Positions 48,947 to 58,578 of a stretch of 64,000 nt of DNA are shown here, one piece after another. The notes beneath the pieces were generated by a model, which worked only from the letters and a program-made list of their open reading frames with translations, was not told where the DNA came from and did not search any database. The DNA comes from an uncultured Actinomycetes bacterium (GTDB lineage: Bacteria; Actinomycetota; Thermoleophilia; UBA2241): positions 32,001-96,000 of the forward strand of contig CAVRZA010000001.1 in the NCBI GenBank assembly GCA_963725665.1. Direction: 5' to 3'. The stretch's first letter is position 1. Every line of letters starts with the position of its first letter. A program made the translations under genes and the position numbers.

Positions 48947-50153
48947 ATGGACCTCTACGAACACCAGGGCAAGCAGCTCTTCGCCGAGTTCGGCATCCCG
49001 GTGCTGCCCTCGGAGCTCGTGCGCAATGTCGAGGAGGGGCGGCGAGCGGCCGGCCGTCTCGGCCGGCCGCTCGCCGTCAAGGCGCAGGTGCTGCGCGGCG
49101 GCCGGGGCAAGGCCGGCGGCGTGCGCATCGTGCGCGACGGCGACGAGCTCGAGCAGGCGCTCGACGCGCTGCTCGGCATGACGATCGGCGGGCAGCGCGT
49201 CGAGAGCGTGCTGCTCGAGCAGGGCGTCGCCGTCGCCCGCGAGTTCTACCTCGCCGTCGCCCTTGACCGCGGCGCCAAGAGGCCCCTGCTGCTCTTCTCG
49301 ACGCAGGGGCGGCATCGACATCGAGCAGGTGGCGCGCGAGGAGCCCGAGGCGCTGCGTCGCCTGCACATAGACCCGCTCACGGGGCTGCAGGAGTTCCAG
49401 GTGCGCGACCTGGCGCTTCTGGGCCGGCTTCTCGGCCGACGAGCGGCGCGCGTTCGCACACATCGCGCGCGCCGCCTGGGACCTCTATCGCGCCAAGGAC
49501 GCGACCCTGGTCGAGATCAACCCGCTCTGCCAAGAGGAGTCGGGGCGCTTCGTGCCCCTCGACGCCAAGGTGACGATCGACAGCAACGCGCTCTACCGTC
49601 ACCCGGAGCTCGAGCGTCTGCCCGGTTTCTCGCCGCTGCAAGGAGTCGACGACCCGCGCGAGCTGCGTGCGCGAGAGGCCGGCGTGACCTACGTGGGGCT
49701 TGACGGCGACATCGGCATCCTTTCCAACGGGGCGGGGATGGTCATGAGCGTCCTCGACCAGGTCGTCGCCGGCGGCGGCAGGCCGGCGGACTTCCTCGAC
49801 TTGGGCGGCGGCGCGCGCGTACCGCAGATCGCCGCCGCCCTCGACGTGATCCTCTCCGACGCGCGCGTGCGCGTCATCCTCGTGACGATCTTCGGCGGCA
49901 TCACGCGCTGTGACGAGGTCGCCCGCGGTCTGCTCGCGGCGCTCGAGCAGTCACGGCGCGCGGGTCCCGGTGGTCGTGCGCCTCGTGGGGACCAACGCCG
50001 AGGAGGGTCGAGCTCTGCTGGAGGCGGCGGGGCGAGCCGACTTGCACCCGATGGCGACGCTCACCGAGGCCGTCGCGAAGGCGGTCGCGGTGGCGAAGGA
50101 GAGGGAGCGGGTCGACGGTGACCCCAAGGTCCGCGCGCGAGACCGCGCCGTGA
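48947..50153 (+). CDS. sucC: Succinyl-CoA synthetase beta subunit, several frameshifts
   Basis: [41 protein letters not shown] across frames. Confidence 0.9.
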
Positions 50154-51057
50154 GCATCCTCGTCGATTCCTCAAGCAGGGTCGTCGTCCAAGGCATCACC
50201 GGGCGCGAGGGGAGCTTCCACGCGGCGCGCATGGCCGCGGCCGGCACGACGGTCGTCGCGGGGACCTCGCCGGGCAAGGGAGGGCAGCGCGTCGCCGTCG
50301 GGTCCGCCGCGGACGGCTCGCCCGCAACCATCCCCGTCTTCGACACGCTCGCCCAGGCCGTCGCTGCGACGGGCGCCGACGTCTCGGTGGTGTTCGTCCC
50401 GGCCCCGGCGGCGAAAGACGCCCTCTTCGAGGCGGCCGACGCCGGCATTGGTCTCGTCGTCTGCGTGACCGAAGGCATCCCCGTGCGCGACACGGTCGAG
50501 ATCGTGGCCCAGCTCGAGCGTCGCGGCGTGACGCTCATCGGACCCAACTGCCCCGGTGTCGTCTCGGTCGGCGCGTGCAACGTCGGCATCACGCCCGACG
50601 ACATCTTTACCCCCGGGACCGGTGGGGGTCGTGTCGCGCAGCGGCACGCTCATGTACCGGATGGTCCTCGACCTCACGCAGGCGGGTCTCGGGCAGACGA
50701 CCTGCGTCGGCATGGGCGGCGACCCCGTGCACGGCGTCGGCTTCATCGAGTGCCTGGAGCTCGTTCGAACGTGACCCGGCGACGAAGGCCGTCGTCATGA
50801 TCGGCGAGATCGGTGGCGACGACGAGGAGCGCGCGGCGGCTTACGTGCGCGAGCGCGTGACCAAGCCGGTGGTCGCCCACCTCGTCGGCTTCACCGCCCC
50901 GCCCGGCAAGCAGATGGGACACGCCGGCGCCATCATCTTCGGCGGCGCCGGCACGGCGGCGGCCAAGGCCGAGGCTCTGGAGGCGGCCGGCATCCCGGTC
51001 GCTCGCGCTCCCTACGACGTGCCGGCCCTGGTGCGGGCCGCGCTGTCGGGTTCGTAG
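50150..51057 (+). CDS. sucD: Succinyl-CoA synthetase alpha subunit, frameshifts near 50615 and 50760
   Basis: VQGITG, IGPNCPG, SRSGTL, GEIGG, MGHAGA. Confidence 0.9.
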
Positions 51058-51067
51058 AACGGAGGCC

Positions 51068-51484
51068 GTGAGCGTGTCGCGGCCGGCGCGTCGCACGGGG
51101 CGGGCCGTTGCGGCGGCGCCGCTCGCGGCCGGCGCCATCCTGGCGATCCTCTTCATTGGCTTGCTGCTCGTGCTGCTCGTGTCGGGGTCGGTGGGCTCGG
51201 CGGGCTGGTCGGTCGCCGACAGTCCCTTCGTCCTCGCCTTCACGTTGTTCCTGCTGGAGGCAATCGCGGCGGCCACGGGCATCGCGGCCGTGCTGGCCAT
51301 CCGGAGTGGAGGCACGCGCAGGACCTGGATCGTACTCGGCGCCGCCGGCGGGTTGCTCGCCGTCATCCCTCTCGTGTGGTTCGCCGATCTCGGCCGCGCG
51401 CTGGTGCTCGCGGCGCCTTGCGCGTACCTTGCGGTCTACGCCGCCGTCACGGTGTGGAGGGCCGGGAGGCGCGCACCGCGATGA
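51068..51484 (+). CDS. Hypothetical membrane protein
   Basis: ggagg RBS, four hydrophobic segments. Confidence 0.65.
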   Translation: MSVSRPARRTGRAVAAAPLAAGAILAILFIGLLLVLLVSGSVGSAGWSVADSPFVLAFTLFLLEAIAAATGIAAVLAIRSGGTRRTWIVLGAAGGLLAVIPLVWFADLGRALVLAAPCAYLAVYAAVTVWRAGRRAPR

Positions 51485-51651
51485 GCGATGCGTCGCGGCG
51501 ACCACCCGACGGCCCTCTTCTTGTCCAAAAGGTGCAGACCGGCGCTCATGCCGCGCTTGCTCGTCCTCTTCATGCGCGTGTGCGCGTGTGCTAGTTTCAT
51601 GAGACGCCAAAACGCCGGGCTTCTGCCGCCGACGATCGAAGGAGAGTCCTC

Positions 51652-53340
51652 ATGCCCGACCAGGAACACCAGCCCACAGTCGAGGAGCTCAAGGCGAAGG
51701 CCTACCAGCCCATGGAAGACGCGATGAAGCTCCACCCCTTCTACCGGGGCAAGATCGAGACCACGCTGAAGTGCTGCGTGCGCGACTTCAACGACTTCGG
51801 CATCTGGTACACGCCGGGCGTCTCCAAGCCTTGTCTCGAGATCAAGGACGACCCCGAGAAGGCCTACGAGCACACCAACAAGTGGAACACGGTGGCCGTG
51901 ATCAGCGACGGCACGCGCGTGCTCGGTATGGGCGACATCGGCCCCAAGGCCGGCCTGCCGGTCATGGAGGGCAAGAGCCTGCTCTTCAGGTACCTCGGCG
52001 GCGTCGACGGCTTCCCGCTCATGGTCGACACCAAGGACCCCGACAGGTTCATCGAGTTCGTCAAGCTGGTGCAGCCGGGGCTGGGCGGCGTCAACCTCGA
52101 GGACATCGCCCAGCCGAAGTGCTTCCGCATCCTCGACACGCTGCGCGAGGAATGCGAGATCCCGGTCTGGCACGACGACCAGCAGGGCACGGCCTGTGTG
52201 ACCCTCGCGGGCCTGGTCAACGCCCTCAAGGTCGTGGGACGCAGGATCGACGAGGTGAGCATCGCCTTCATCGGCTCGGGGGCGAGCAACGTCGCCATCA
52301 GCCGCCTGATCTTCGCCTACGGCGCCGACCCCGAGAAGTGCCGCATCGTCGATTCGAAGGGCATCCTGCACAGGGGCCGCGACGACATCAAGAAGGTCAA
52401 AGACGAGTGGCGCGACAAATGGAAGTACTGTCAGATCACCAACGCCGAGCAGCGCACCGGCGGCATCGCCGACGCGCTGAAGGGCGCCGACGTCTGCATC
52501 GCACTTTCGAAGCCGGGTCCCGACACGATCGAGAAGGACTGGATCAAGGCGATGGCGGCGGATCCGATCGTGTTCATCTGCGCCAACCCCATCCCTGAGA
52601 TGTGGCCCTGGGACGCCAAGGAGGCCGGTGCGGCGGTAGTCGCCACCGGCCGCAGCGACTTCCCCAACCAGGTCAACAACTCGGTCGGCTTCCCGGGCAT
52701 CTTCCGCGGCACGCTCGACGTGCGCGCCAAGACGATCACCGACGAGATGTGCATCGCGGCGGCCGAGGAGCTCGCCAAGGTAGCCGAGGACAAGGGACTC
52801 TCGGCCGACTCCATCATGCCGACGATGGACGACTGGGAGGTCTTCCCGCGCGAGGCCGCGGCCGTGGCGATGAAGGCCATCGAGCAGGGCATCGCTCTGC
52901 GCAAGGACCTCACCTACGAGCAGGAGATCGCCGAGGCGACGGCCATCATCGCCCGCGCCCGCGGCCTCGTGCAGGACGCCGAGGCCCTGGGCTACATCAA
53001 GATGCCCGAGGGTAGCCACGCGCCGGCGCCGACGATGCAGGCGCTCAAGGCGGTCGCTCGCGGGGCCGGCGATATCGCTGCCGACCTCGCCGGAAAGGCC
53101 GCGGACCGCGCCCGCCCGACGGTGCAGAAGGCGACCGACCGCGTAGGGCCGACGGTGCAGAAGGCGACCGAGCAGGTCCGGCCTACGGTGCAGAAGGCGA
53201 CCGAGCGGGCGCAGCCGACCGTGCAGAAGGCGACCGAGAGGATCGAGCCGGCGGTGCAGAAGGCCATCGACGCCACCCGCAAGGCGGCCAACGACGCCCT
53301 CGAGGCGATCCGCAAGGCGACCGAGCGCAAGAAGGACTAG
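51652..53340 (+). CDS. NAD(P)-dependent malic enzyme with C-terminal repeat tail
   Basis: YTPGV, PVMEGK, NLEDI, HDDQQGT, TGRSDFPNQVNN. Confidence 0.95.
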   Translation: MPDQEHQPTVEELKAKAYQPMEDAMKLHPFYRGKIETTLKCCVRDFNDFGIWYTPGVSKPCLEIKDDPEKAYEHTNKWNTVAVISDGTRVLGMGDIGPKAGLPVMEGKSLLFRYLGGVDGFPLMVDTKDPDRFIEFVKLVQPGLGGVNLEDIAQPKCFRILDTLREECEIPVWHDDQQGTACVTLAGLVNALKVVGRRIDEVSIAFIGSGASNVAISRLIFAYGADPEKCRIVDSKGILHRGRDDIKKVKDEWRDKWKYCQITNAEQRTGGIADALKGADVCIALSKPGPDTIEKDWIKAMAADPIVFICANPIPEMWPWDAKEAGAAVVATGRSDFPNQVNNSVGFPGIFRGTLDVRAKTITDEMCIAAAEELAKVAEDKGLSADSIMPTMDDWEVFPREAAAVAMKAIEQGIALRKDLTYEQEIAEATAIIARARGLVQDAEALGYIKMPEGSHAPAPTMQALKAVARGAGDIAADLAGKAADRARPTVQKATDRVGPTVQKATEQVRPTVQKATERAQPTVQKATERIEPAVQKAIDATRKAANDALEAIRKATERKKD

Positions 53341-53349
53341 CGGAGAGGG

Positions 53350-53400
53350 GCGGGGGTGCGGCGGCGACGCGGCGCTGCCGCGCCGCCGCCGCACCCCCGC
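53350..53400. terminator. Long GC hairpin after the malic enzyme gene
   Basis: gcgggggtgcggcggcg...cgccgccgcacccccgc. Confidence 0.65.
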
Positions 53401-53458
53401 CGCCGAGTCTGTTCGACCGGCCGGCGCGAGGTCCGGGCGGTGGGCTGAAGGGAGCGGC

Positions 53459-53965
53459 ATGACCCTCTGGGCGCGCATCCGCCGCACTCCGAGCTGGTGG
53501 ATCCCCATCGTCCTCGTCGTCATCGTCTGCGTCGCGATCCTCGTACAGGTCATCGCGTGGGGCTCCGAGGAACCGGGTCCGAGAGCGACAATGAGTCCGA
53601 GCGCGGCGACGACCAGGAGCCACTCGTACCAGTCGGGGCCGGAGAGCTTCGTGCAGCAGCTCCGTGCGGGCCGCGTGGACATGGTGGTCATCGACGACCT
53701 GTCCGAGACGATAGACGTGACGCCGAAGGGACCGGTCGTCGAGCACTATCGCGTGAGCTATCCTAGCCTTGAGGAGCTGATCACGCTGCTGGCCGAGCGC
53801 TCGGGCGTCGCGGTGCGCACGAAGGAGCCGCCCTTGTGGACCGGCCTCCTTGCCTATCTGTTGCCGTTGGCCCTGGTCGCCGTCGCCGGTGGCACACTGG
53901 GTTACGTGCTGGGACGCCGTCGCGGCCGTCGAGAGGCGATCGCAGCAGCCGGCTCACCTGAGTGA
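53459..53965 (+). CDS. Two-TM protein resembling the FtsH N-terminal extracellular region
   Basis: TM, then SFVQQLRAGRV..VVI, then W..LL.YLLP TM. Confidence 0.6.
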   Translation: MTLWARIRRTPSWWIPIVLVVIVCVAILVQVIAWGSEEPGPRATMSPSAATTRSHSYQSGPESFVQQLRAGRVDMVVIDDLSETIDVTPKGPVVEHYRVSYPSLEELITLLAERSGVAVRTKEPPLWTGLLAYLLPLALVAVAGGTLGYVLGRRRGRREAIAAAGSPE

Positions 53966-53978
53966 GGGGGAAAGGACC

Positions 53979-54842
53979 ATGCCCACGTCTGCCGCAGTCC
54001 GCGAGCTCGATGTGAGCGTCATCACCGACGCCGTCCGCGAGCTCTGCATGGAGGCCAACTACGACCTCCCCGACGACGTCTACGCCGCCTTGCAGGCCGG
54101 CAAGGAGGCCGAGGAGTCGCCGGTCGGCAGAGCCGTCTTCGACCAGCTCGTCGAGAACGCCGACATCGCCCGCCGCGACCGCGTGCCGATCTGCCAGGAC
54201 ACCGGCTTCGCCGTCTTCTTCGTGAAGCTCGGTCAAGACCTGCACCTCGTCGGCGGTGACTTCGCTGCGGCGGTCAACGAGGGCGTGCGTCAAGGCTACG
54301 TCGAGGGCTACTTGCGCAAGTCGATCGCCGAGGAGCCGGCGCAGTCACGGCGCAACACCAAGGACAACACGCCGGCCGTGATCCACACCGAGATTGTGTC
54401 CGGCGATGCGGTCGAGATCTGGATGATGGCCAAGGGCGGCGGCGCCGAGAACATGTCGAGCCTCAACATGCTCAAGCCTTCGCAGGGCTGGCAGGGCATG
54501 GTCGGTGCGGTCGTCGACACGGTCTCACGCGCCGGCTCCAACCCGTGTCCGCCGGTCGTCATCGGTGTGGGCATCGGCGGCACCATCGACATGGTCACCG
54601 TGCTGGCAAAGAAGGCGCTCTTGCGCGATGTCGGCTCCGTCCACCCCGACGAGCGCATCGCGGCGATGGAGGCCGAGCTTCTCGAGAAGATCAACGCCCT
54701 CGGCATCGGGCCACAGGGGCTGGGCGGCACGCAGACCTGTCTGGGCGTCTTCATCGAGGAGATGCCCTGCCACATCGCCAGCATGCCGCTGGCCGTCAAC
54801 GTGCAGTGCCACGCCCAGCGCCACAAACACGTCGTGTTGTAG
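53979..54842 (+). CDS. Fe-S fumarate hydratase (two-subunit class I), alpha subunit
   Basis: PICQDTG, YLRKS, KGGGAEN, NPCPP, CHIAS, QCHA. Confidence 0.93.
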   Translation: MPTSAAVRELDVSVITDAVRELCMEANYDLPDDVYAALQAGKEAEESPVGRAVFDQLVENADIARRDRVPICQDTGFAVFFVKLGQDLHLVGGDFAAAVNEGVRQGYVEGYLRKSIAEEPAQSRRNTKDNTPAVIHTEIVSGDAVEIWMMAKGGGAENMSSLNMLKPSQGWQGMVGAVVDTVSRAGSNPCPPVVIGVGIGGTIDMVTVLAKKALLRDVGSVHPDERIAAMEAELLEKINALGIGPQGLGGTQTCLGVFIEEMPCHIASMPLAVNVQCHAQRHKHVVL

Positions 54843-54857
54843 GGAGGGGAGAAGCAC

Positions 54858-55413
54858 ATGGCCGTCAAGGAGATCAGGACCCCCCTCACAGACGAGGTCG
54901 TCGAAGGTCTGCATGCCGGCGACGAGGTCGCCATCACCGGCGTGGTCTACCAGGCGCGCGACGCCGCCCACAAACGGCTCGTCGAGCTTCTCGAGACGGG
55001 CGAAGCGATGCCGTTCAACCTGCAAGGAGCCGTCGTCTACTACATGGGACCGTCGCCGGCGAAGCCGGGCAACGTCATCGGCTCCGCCGGGCCCACGACT
55101 AGCGGGCGCATGGACGCCTACGCGCCCAAGCTGATGGCGAAGGGTCTCAAGGGGATGATCGGCAAGGGCCTGCGCACGCCCGAGGTCAAGGAGGCCATGA
55201 AGCAGCACAAGGCCGTCTACTTCGCGGCCACCGGCGGCGCCGGGGCAGCTGCTCGCGCAGCGCATCGTCGCCAACGAGATCATCGCCTGGCCCGAGCTCG
55301 GCGCCGAGGCCGTCGCCCGCCTCGAGGTGAAGGACTTTCCCGCCATCGTCGTGAACGACTGCCACGGCGGCGACCTCTACGAGGAGGGACGCGCGAAGTA
55401 CGCCAAGGTCTAA
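54858..55413 (+). CDS. Fe-S fumarate hydratase beta subunit, frameshift near 55245
   Basis: ARDAAH, GPTTSGRMD, MIGKG; ELGAEA C-terminus in the shifted frame. Confidence 0.9.
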
Positions 55414-55425
55414 CGCGCAGAAGAC

Positions 55426-55460
55426 GGGCGCGGGCGGGGGCCGCCCCCGCCCGCGTCCGC
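55426..55460. terminator. Hairpin between convergent genes
   Basis: gcgggcggggg-ccg-cccccgcccgc. Confidence 0.6.
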
Positions 55461-55472
55461 GCCGAGACGCGG

Positions 55473-56735
55473 CTAGCGCACGTATGCCGCCAGGAACTCG
55501 TCCCAGTGCGTCTGGGCGGCGAAAGCGAGCTTGGTGCGGTAGTAGACCCAGTCGTTGCCCGGGTTCCAGGAGGGGTCGAGCTGCTTGCGCGTCTTCGGCC
55601 ACCAGATGGCGAGCCCCTGGCAGCGGTCGTAGGTGAAGCCGTCGATCCGCCCGATACGGAACCAGTCGTAGGTGACATCGGCGAGGACCGCGTCCATCAC
55701 CGCCGTGCAACTCGCTTTGAGCGCGGGGCTCTTCACGCGCGCGCGGATCTGGCGTGCGGCGTTGAAGAGATCGCGCTCCCCGTCGCCGTAGTAGAAGCGC
55801 TGGCTGGCCGCCCGCGCGGCGTCGTAGGCGCGGCGGTTGGCGCGTAGTCCGCTCTTGAGAGCGATCGCCCAGCGATCGACTGCGGCGACGAGATCGTCGA
55901 AGCGGACGTCGAGGGCGATCGACGAGAAGGTGAGGCTGTCGCCGCGCGCGGTGGCGGCCATGTTCGTGCCGAGTTGCTCGGGCGTCCACCAGGGGTAGCG
56001 CTCCAGATTGGCGACGAACTTGTCGTACTGCAGACCCTCCCAGTTCGTGTACTCCTCGGAGCCGACCATCACCTGCGCGTATGGTCTGACCGTCGCGGCC
56101 GCCTCGACAAGCTGCATGTTGCAGCAGTCCCAGCCGATGACGCCCACGGGTCCGCACGTCTGCAGAGCGGCCGCCAGTTCGTCCTGGTTGAGGGCGTTCT
56201 TCGAGGTCCTGTCCCACATGGTCTGGCCTCTGAACCACATGTAGCCGTGGTCCCAGAAGACGAGGGCGTAGTTCGCGGCGGGGTAGTTGGTCTTGGCCCA
56301 GGTGACGAAGTCGATCACCGTCTGCGGATCGCCCATGTCGCGCTCGCCCCAGTCGGCCACGGCGTCGGTGGGCGTGGCGGTGATGCCCTGCATGCAGTAG
56401 AAGAGCTTGGTGCCGGTCCAGTCGCCTCGGGACTTGTCGTAGCCGGGCGTGCGGTCGGCGACGCAGACGACGTTGACGTCGGCGTTGGAGCCTGGTTCAC
56501 ACAGCTCGCGCTCGATGTCGAGCGTGACGTACTTCTCGAGATCGTTGTCGCCGTCGATGTAGACCATGATCGTCCAGGCCTTCTGCGGCAATGGCGTGCC
56601 CAAGGTGATGGCCGAGGCGGCGGAGGAGACGGTTGCTGCCGAGGCGCTCGAGGCCGACGCGAAGCATATGCTGATGGCCACAACGCAGGCGAGCAGAAGA
56701 AGGGTGTGTGGCCGACGACTGCGGACGACGTTCAT
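55473..56735 (-). CDS. Secreted clostripain-family (C11) cysteine peptidase
   Basis: WTIMVYIDGDNDLE, WDHG, WDCCNM, GSEE; signal peptide. Confidence 0.88.
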   Translation of the reverse strand: MNVVRSRRPHTLLLLACVVAISICFASASSASAATVSSAASAITLGTPLPQKAWTIMVYIDGDNDLEKYVTLDIERELCEPGSNADVNVVCVADRTPGYDKSRGDWTGTKLFYCMQGITATPTDAVADWGERDMGDPQTVIDFVTWAKTNYPAANYALVFWDHGYMWFRGQTMWDRTSKNALNQDELAAALQTCGPVGVIGWDCCNMQLVEAAATVRPYAQVMVGSEEYTNWEGLQYDKFVANLERYPWWTPEQLGTNMAATARGDSLTFSSIALDVRFDDLVAAVDRWAIALKSGLRANRRAYDAARAASQRFYYGDGERDLFNAARQIRARVKSPALKASCTAVMDAVLADVTYDWFRIGRIDGFTYDRCQGLAIWWPKTRKQLDPSWNPGNDWVYYRTKLAFAAQTHWDEFLAAYVR

Positions 56736-56933
56736 GACGTGCCCCCCTGCTCTTGGCCGAGGCGAGCGGTGTATCCAGTACAATCGTAGTCGGAGACGAC
56801 GCGGGCGGCAATGCGACGAGTCGCGGTGGGATGCGTGATTGACCCCCCGCGACCGGCCCAGGGCCGGCCTTCGTGCGGCTTCCACGCGCCTGTAGCGTTC
56901 GCGCCAACATCGATCGTCCACAGGGGGGAGACT

Positions 56934-58565
56934 ATGGCTACATTAGCGGCCGCTCCGAGGAAATCCAGGCGTCCCCGATCAGTGCCGGCGGCGATCATCG
57001 GCCCGAGCGCCGCGCGGACGTGGCCTCGGTTCGTCGCCCCTCTGCTGCTGCTCGGTCTCTGTTCGCTCCTGCTCATGGCGCCGGGAGGCGGCGCTTTTGG
57101 CGCGACTAAGCGTGCTGTGCCTGCGGTCCCCGTGCAGCTCAAGGTGATGGCCTTCAACATCGAGGTGGGCGGCACTCTCGTCAGCTTCGACAAGGTCGTC
57201 GAGGCCATCCAGGCGAGTGGTGCCGATGTGGTCGGTATCGAGGAGGCGCAGGGCCACATGGCCGCGCTCGCGCGCGAGCTCGGCTGGCCCTACTTCAGCG
57301 CGCGCCTACAGATCGTCTCGAAGTATCCGCTCATCGATCCGCCGGGGAGCCAGGGCCTCTACACTTTCGTCCAGTTGGCCCCCGGAGCGGTCGTGGCCAT
57401 CGAGAACGTCCACCTGCCCTCCGACCCGTACGGTCCCTACTGGGTGCGAGACGGCAAGACGGTCAAGCAGGTCGTCGCGATGGAGAAAAGGGTCCGCCTG
57501 CCAGCGATCCAGGCGCAGCTGGGCCTGCTGCCTTCGTTGCTGGGCGGGGGGATCCCGGTGTTTCTGACGGGCGACTTCAACGCTCCCTCGTGGCGCGACT
57601 GGACCGCCGCCATGGTGGGCGAGCGGTTCCAGATCAAGTACCCCGTCGCGTGGCCGGTGAGCTTGGCCGTCGAGGCGGCGGGTTTCCATGACTCGTTCCG
57701 CGATGTCCATCCCGACCCGGTCACGGATCCGGGTCTGACGTGGTGGGCGAAGAAGCCCAAGGTGGCCGTCTCCGGCGAGAACTTCGGCAGCCGCGATCCG
57801 CGGGACCGTATCGACCTCGTCTACGCCGCTGGTGCGGCGGCGACGACGGCGAGCCAGATCGTCGCCGAGGCGAGCGACCCAGAGGCGAGCTTCACGGTGA
57901 CGCCCTGGCCCTCGGATCACCGCGGCGTGGTCTCCACGTTCGACGTGACTCCCGCTGCGCCCCCGGTGCTGGTCGCCGTCGATCGGCGACTCGTGAAGGT
58001 CGGCGTCCCGCTCAACGTGACCTTCCACTCCCCGGGCGGGCCCGGTGAGTCGGTGGCCATCGTGGCGGCGGGTGGAGATCCCGCGGCGCCCGCGGCCGAG
58101 CAGGCGACGGGCGCCGGCGCCCCGACCGACGGCACGCTTTCGTTCGCGACCGCTGACCTGGCGCCCGGCGCCTACGCTGCCGTCCTCCTCGACTCCAACG
58201 ACGCCGTCCTCTCGCGCAGCAAGTTCTGGGTCAAGACGAGCACGGCTCTTCCGCACGTCTGGACGGCAAAGGGTGTCTATCGCGTGGGCGAGCCCATCAC
58301 CGTCCGCTGGAAGCAGGCCCCCGGCAACCGCTGGGACTGGGTCGGCGTCTACCAGCGCGGCGCCAACCCTAACGTCGCCTGGTACATGCTGTGGGGCTAC
58401 ACGAGGGCATCGATCGCCGGACAGGCGATCCTCGATCGCACGCCGCCCTCCTTCGGCTACGGTCTCCAGCCGTGGCCCCTGGCGGCGGGCAACTACAGCG
58501 TCTACCTGCTGCGGGACGACGGCTACCACGTCCTCGCACGGAACGTCTTCCGGGTGATCCGCTGA
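56934..58565 (+). CDS. Secreted EEP (endonuclease/exonuclease/phosphatase) family protein with C-terminal beta domains
   Basis: MAFNI, GDFN, RIDLV and PSDH motifs. Confidence 0.88.
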   Translation: MATLAAAPRKSRRPRSVPAAIIGPSAARTWPRFVAPLLLLGLCSLLLMAPGGGAFGATKRAVPAVPVQLKVMAFNIEVGGTLVSFDKVVEAIQASGADVVGIEEAQGHMAALARELGWPYFSARLQIVSKYPLIDPPGSQGLYTFVQLAPGAVVAIENVHLPSDPYGPYWVRDGKTVKQVVAMEKRVRLPAIQAQLGLLPSLLGGGIPVFLTGDFNAPSWRDWTAAMVGERFQIKYPVAWPVSLAVEAAGFHDSFRDVHPDPVTDPGLTWWAKKPKVAVSGENFGSRDPRDRIDLVYAAGAAATTASQIVAEASDPEASFTVTPWPSDHRGVVSTFDVTPAAPPVLVAVDRRLVKVGVPLNVTFHSPGGPGESVAIVAAGGDPAAPAAEQATGAGAPTDGTLSFATADLAPGAYAAVLLDSNDAVLSRSKFWVKTSTALPHVWTAKGVYRVGEPITVRWKQAPGNRWDWVGVYQRGANPNVAWYMLWGYTRASIAGQAILDRTPPSFGYGLQPWPLAAGNYSVYLLRDDGYHVLARNVFRVIR

Positions 58566-58578
58566 TGGAGCTCGCGCG

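Noticed and set aside
49960-50200. Apparent in-frame SucC-SucD fusion
   Set aside because: A GTGA stop/start overlap exists at 50150; one more indel in this error-rich stretch restores the normal two-gene layout. Undecidable without reads.
48947-55413. Frameshifts in sucC, sucD and fumarase beta (also the ABC ATPase near 4290) as programmed frameshifting or true pseudogenes
   Set aside because: Single-base indels, often at G/C runs, in otherwise intact housekeeping genes are best explained as long-read assembly errors.
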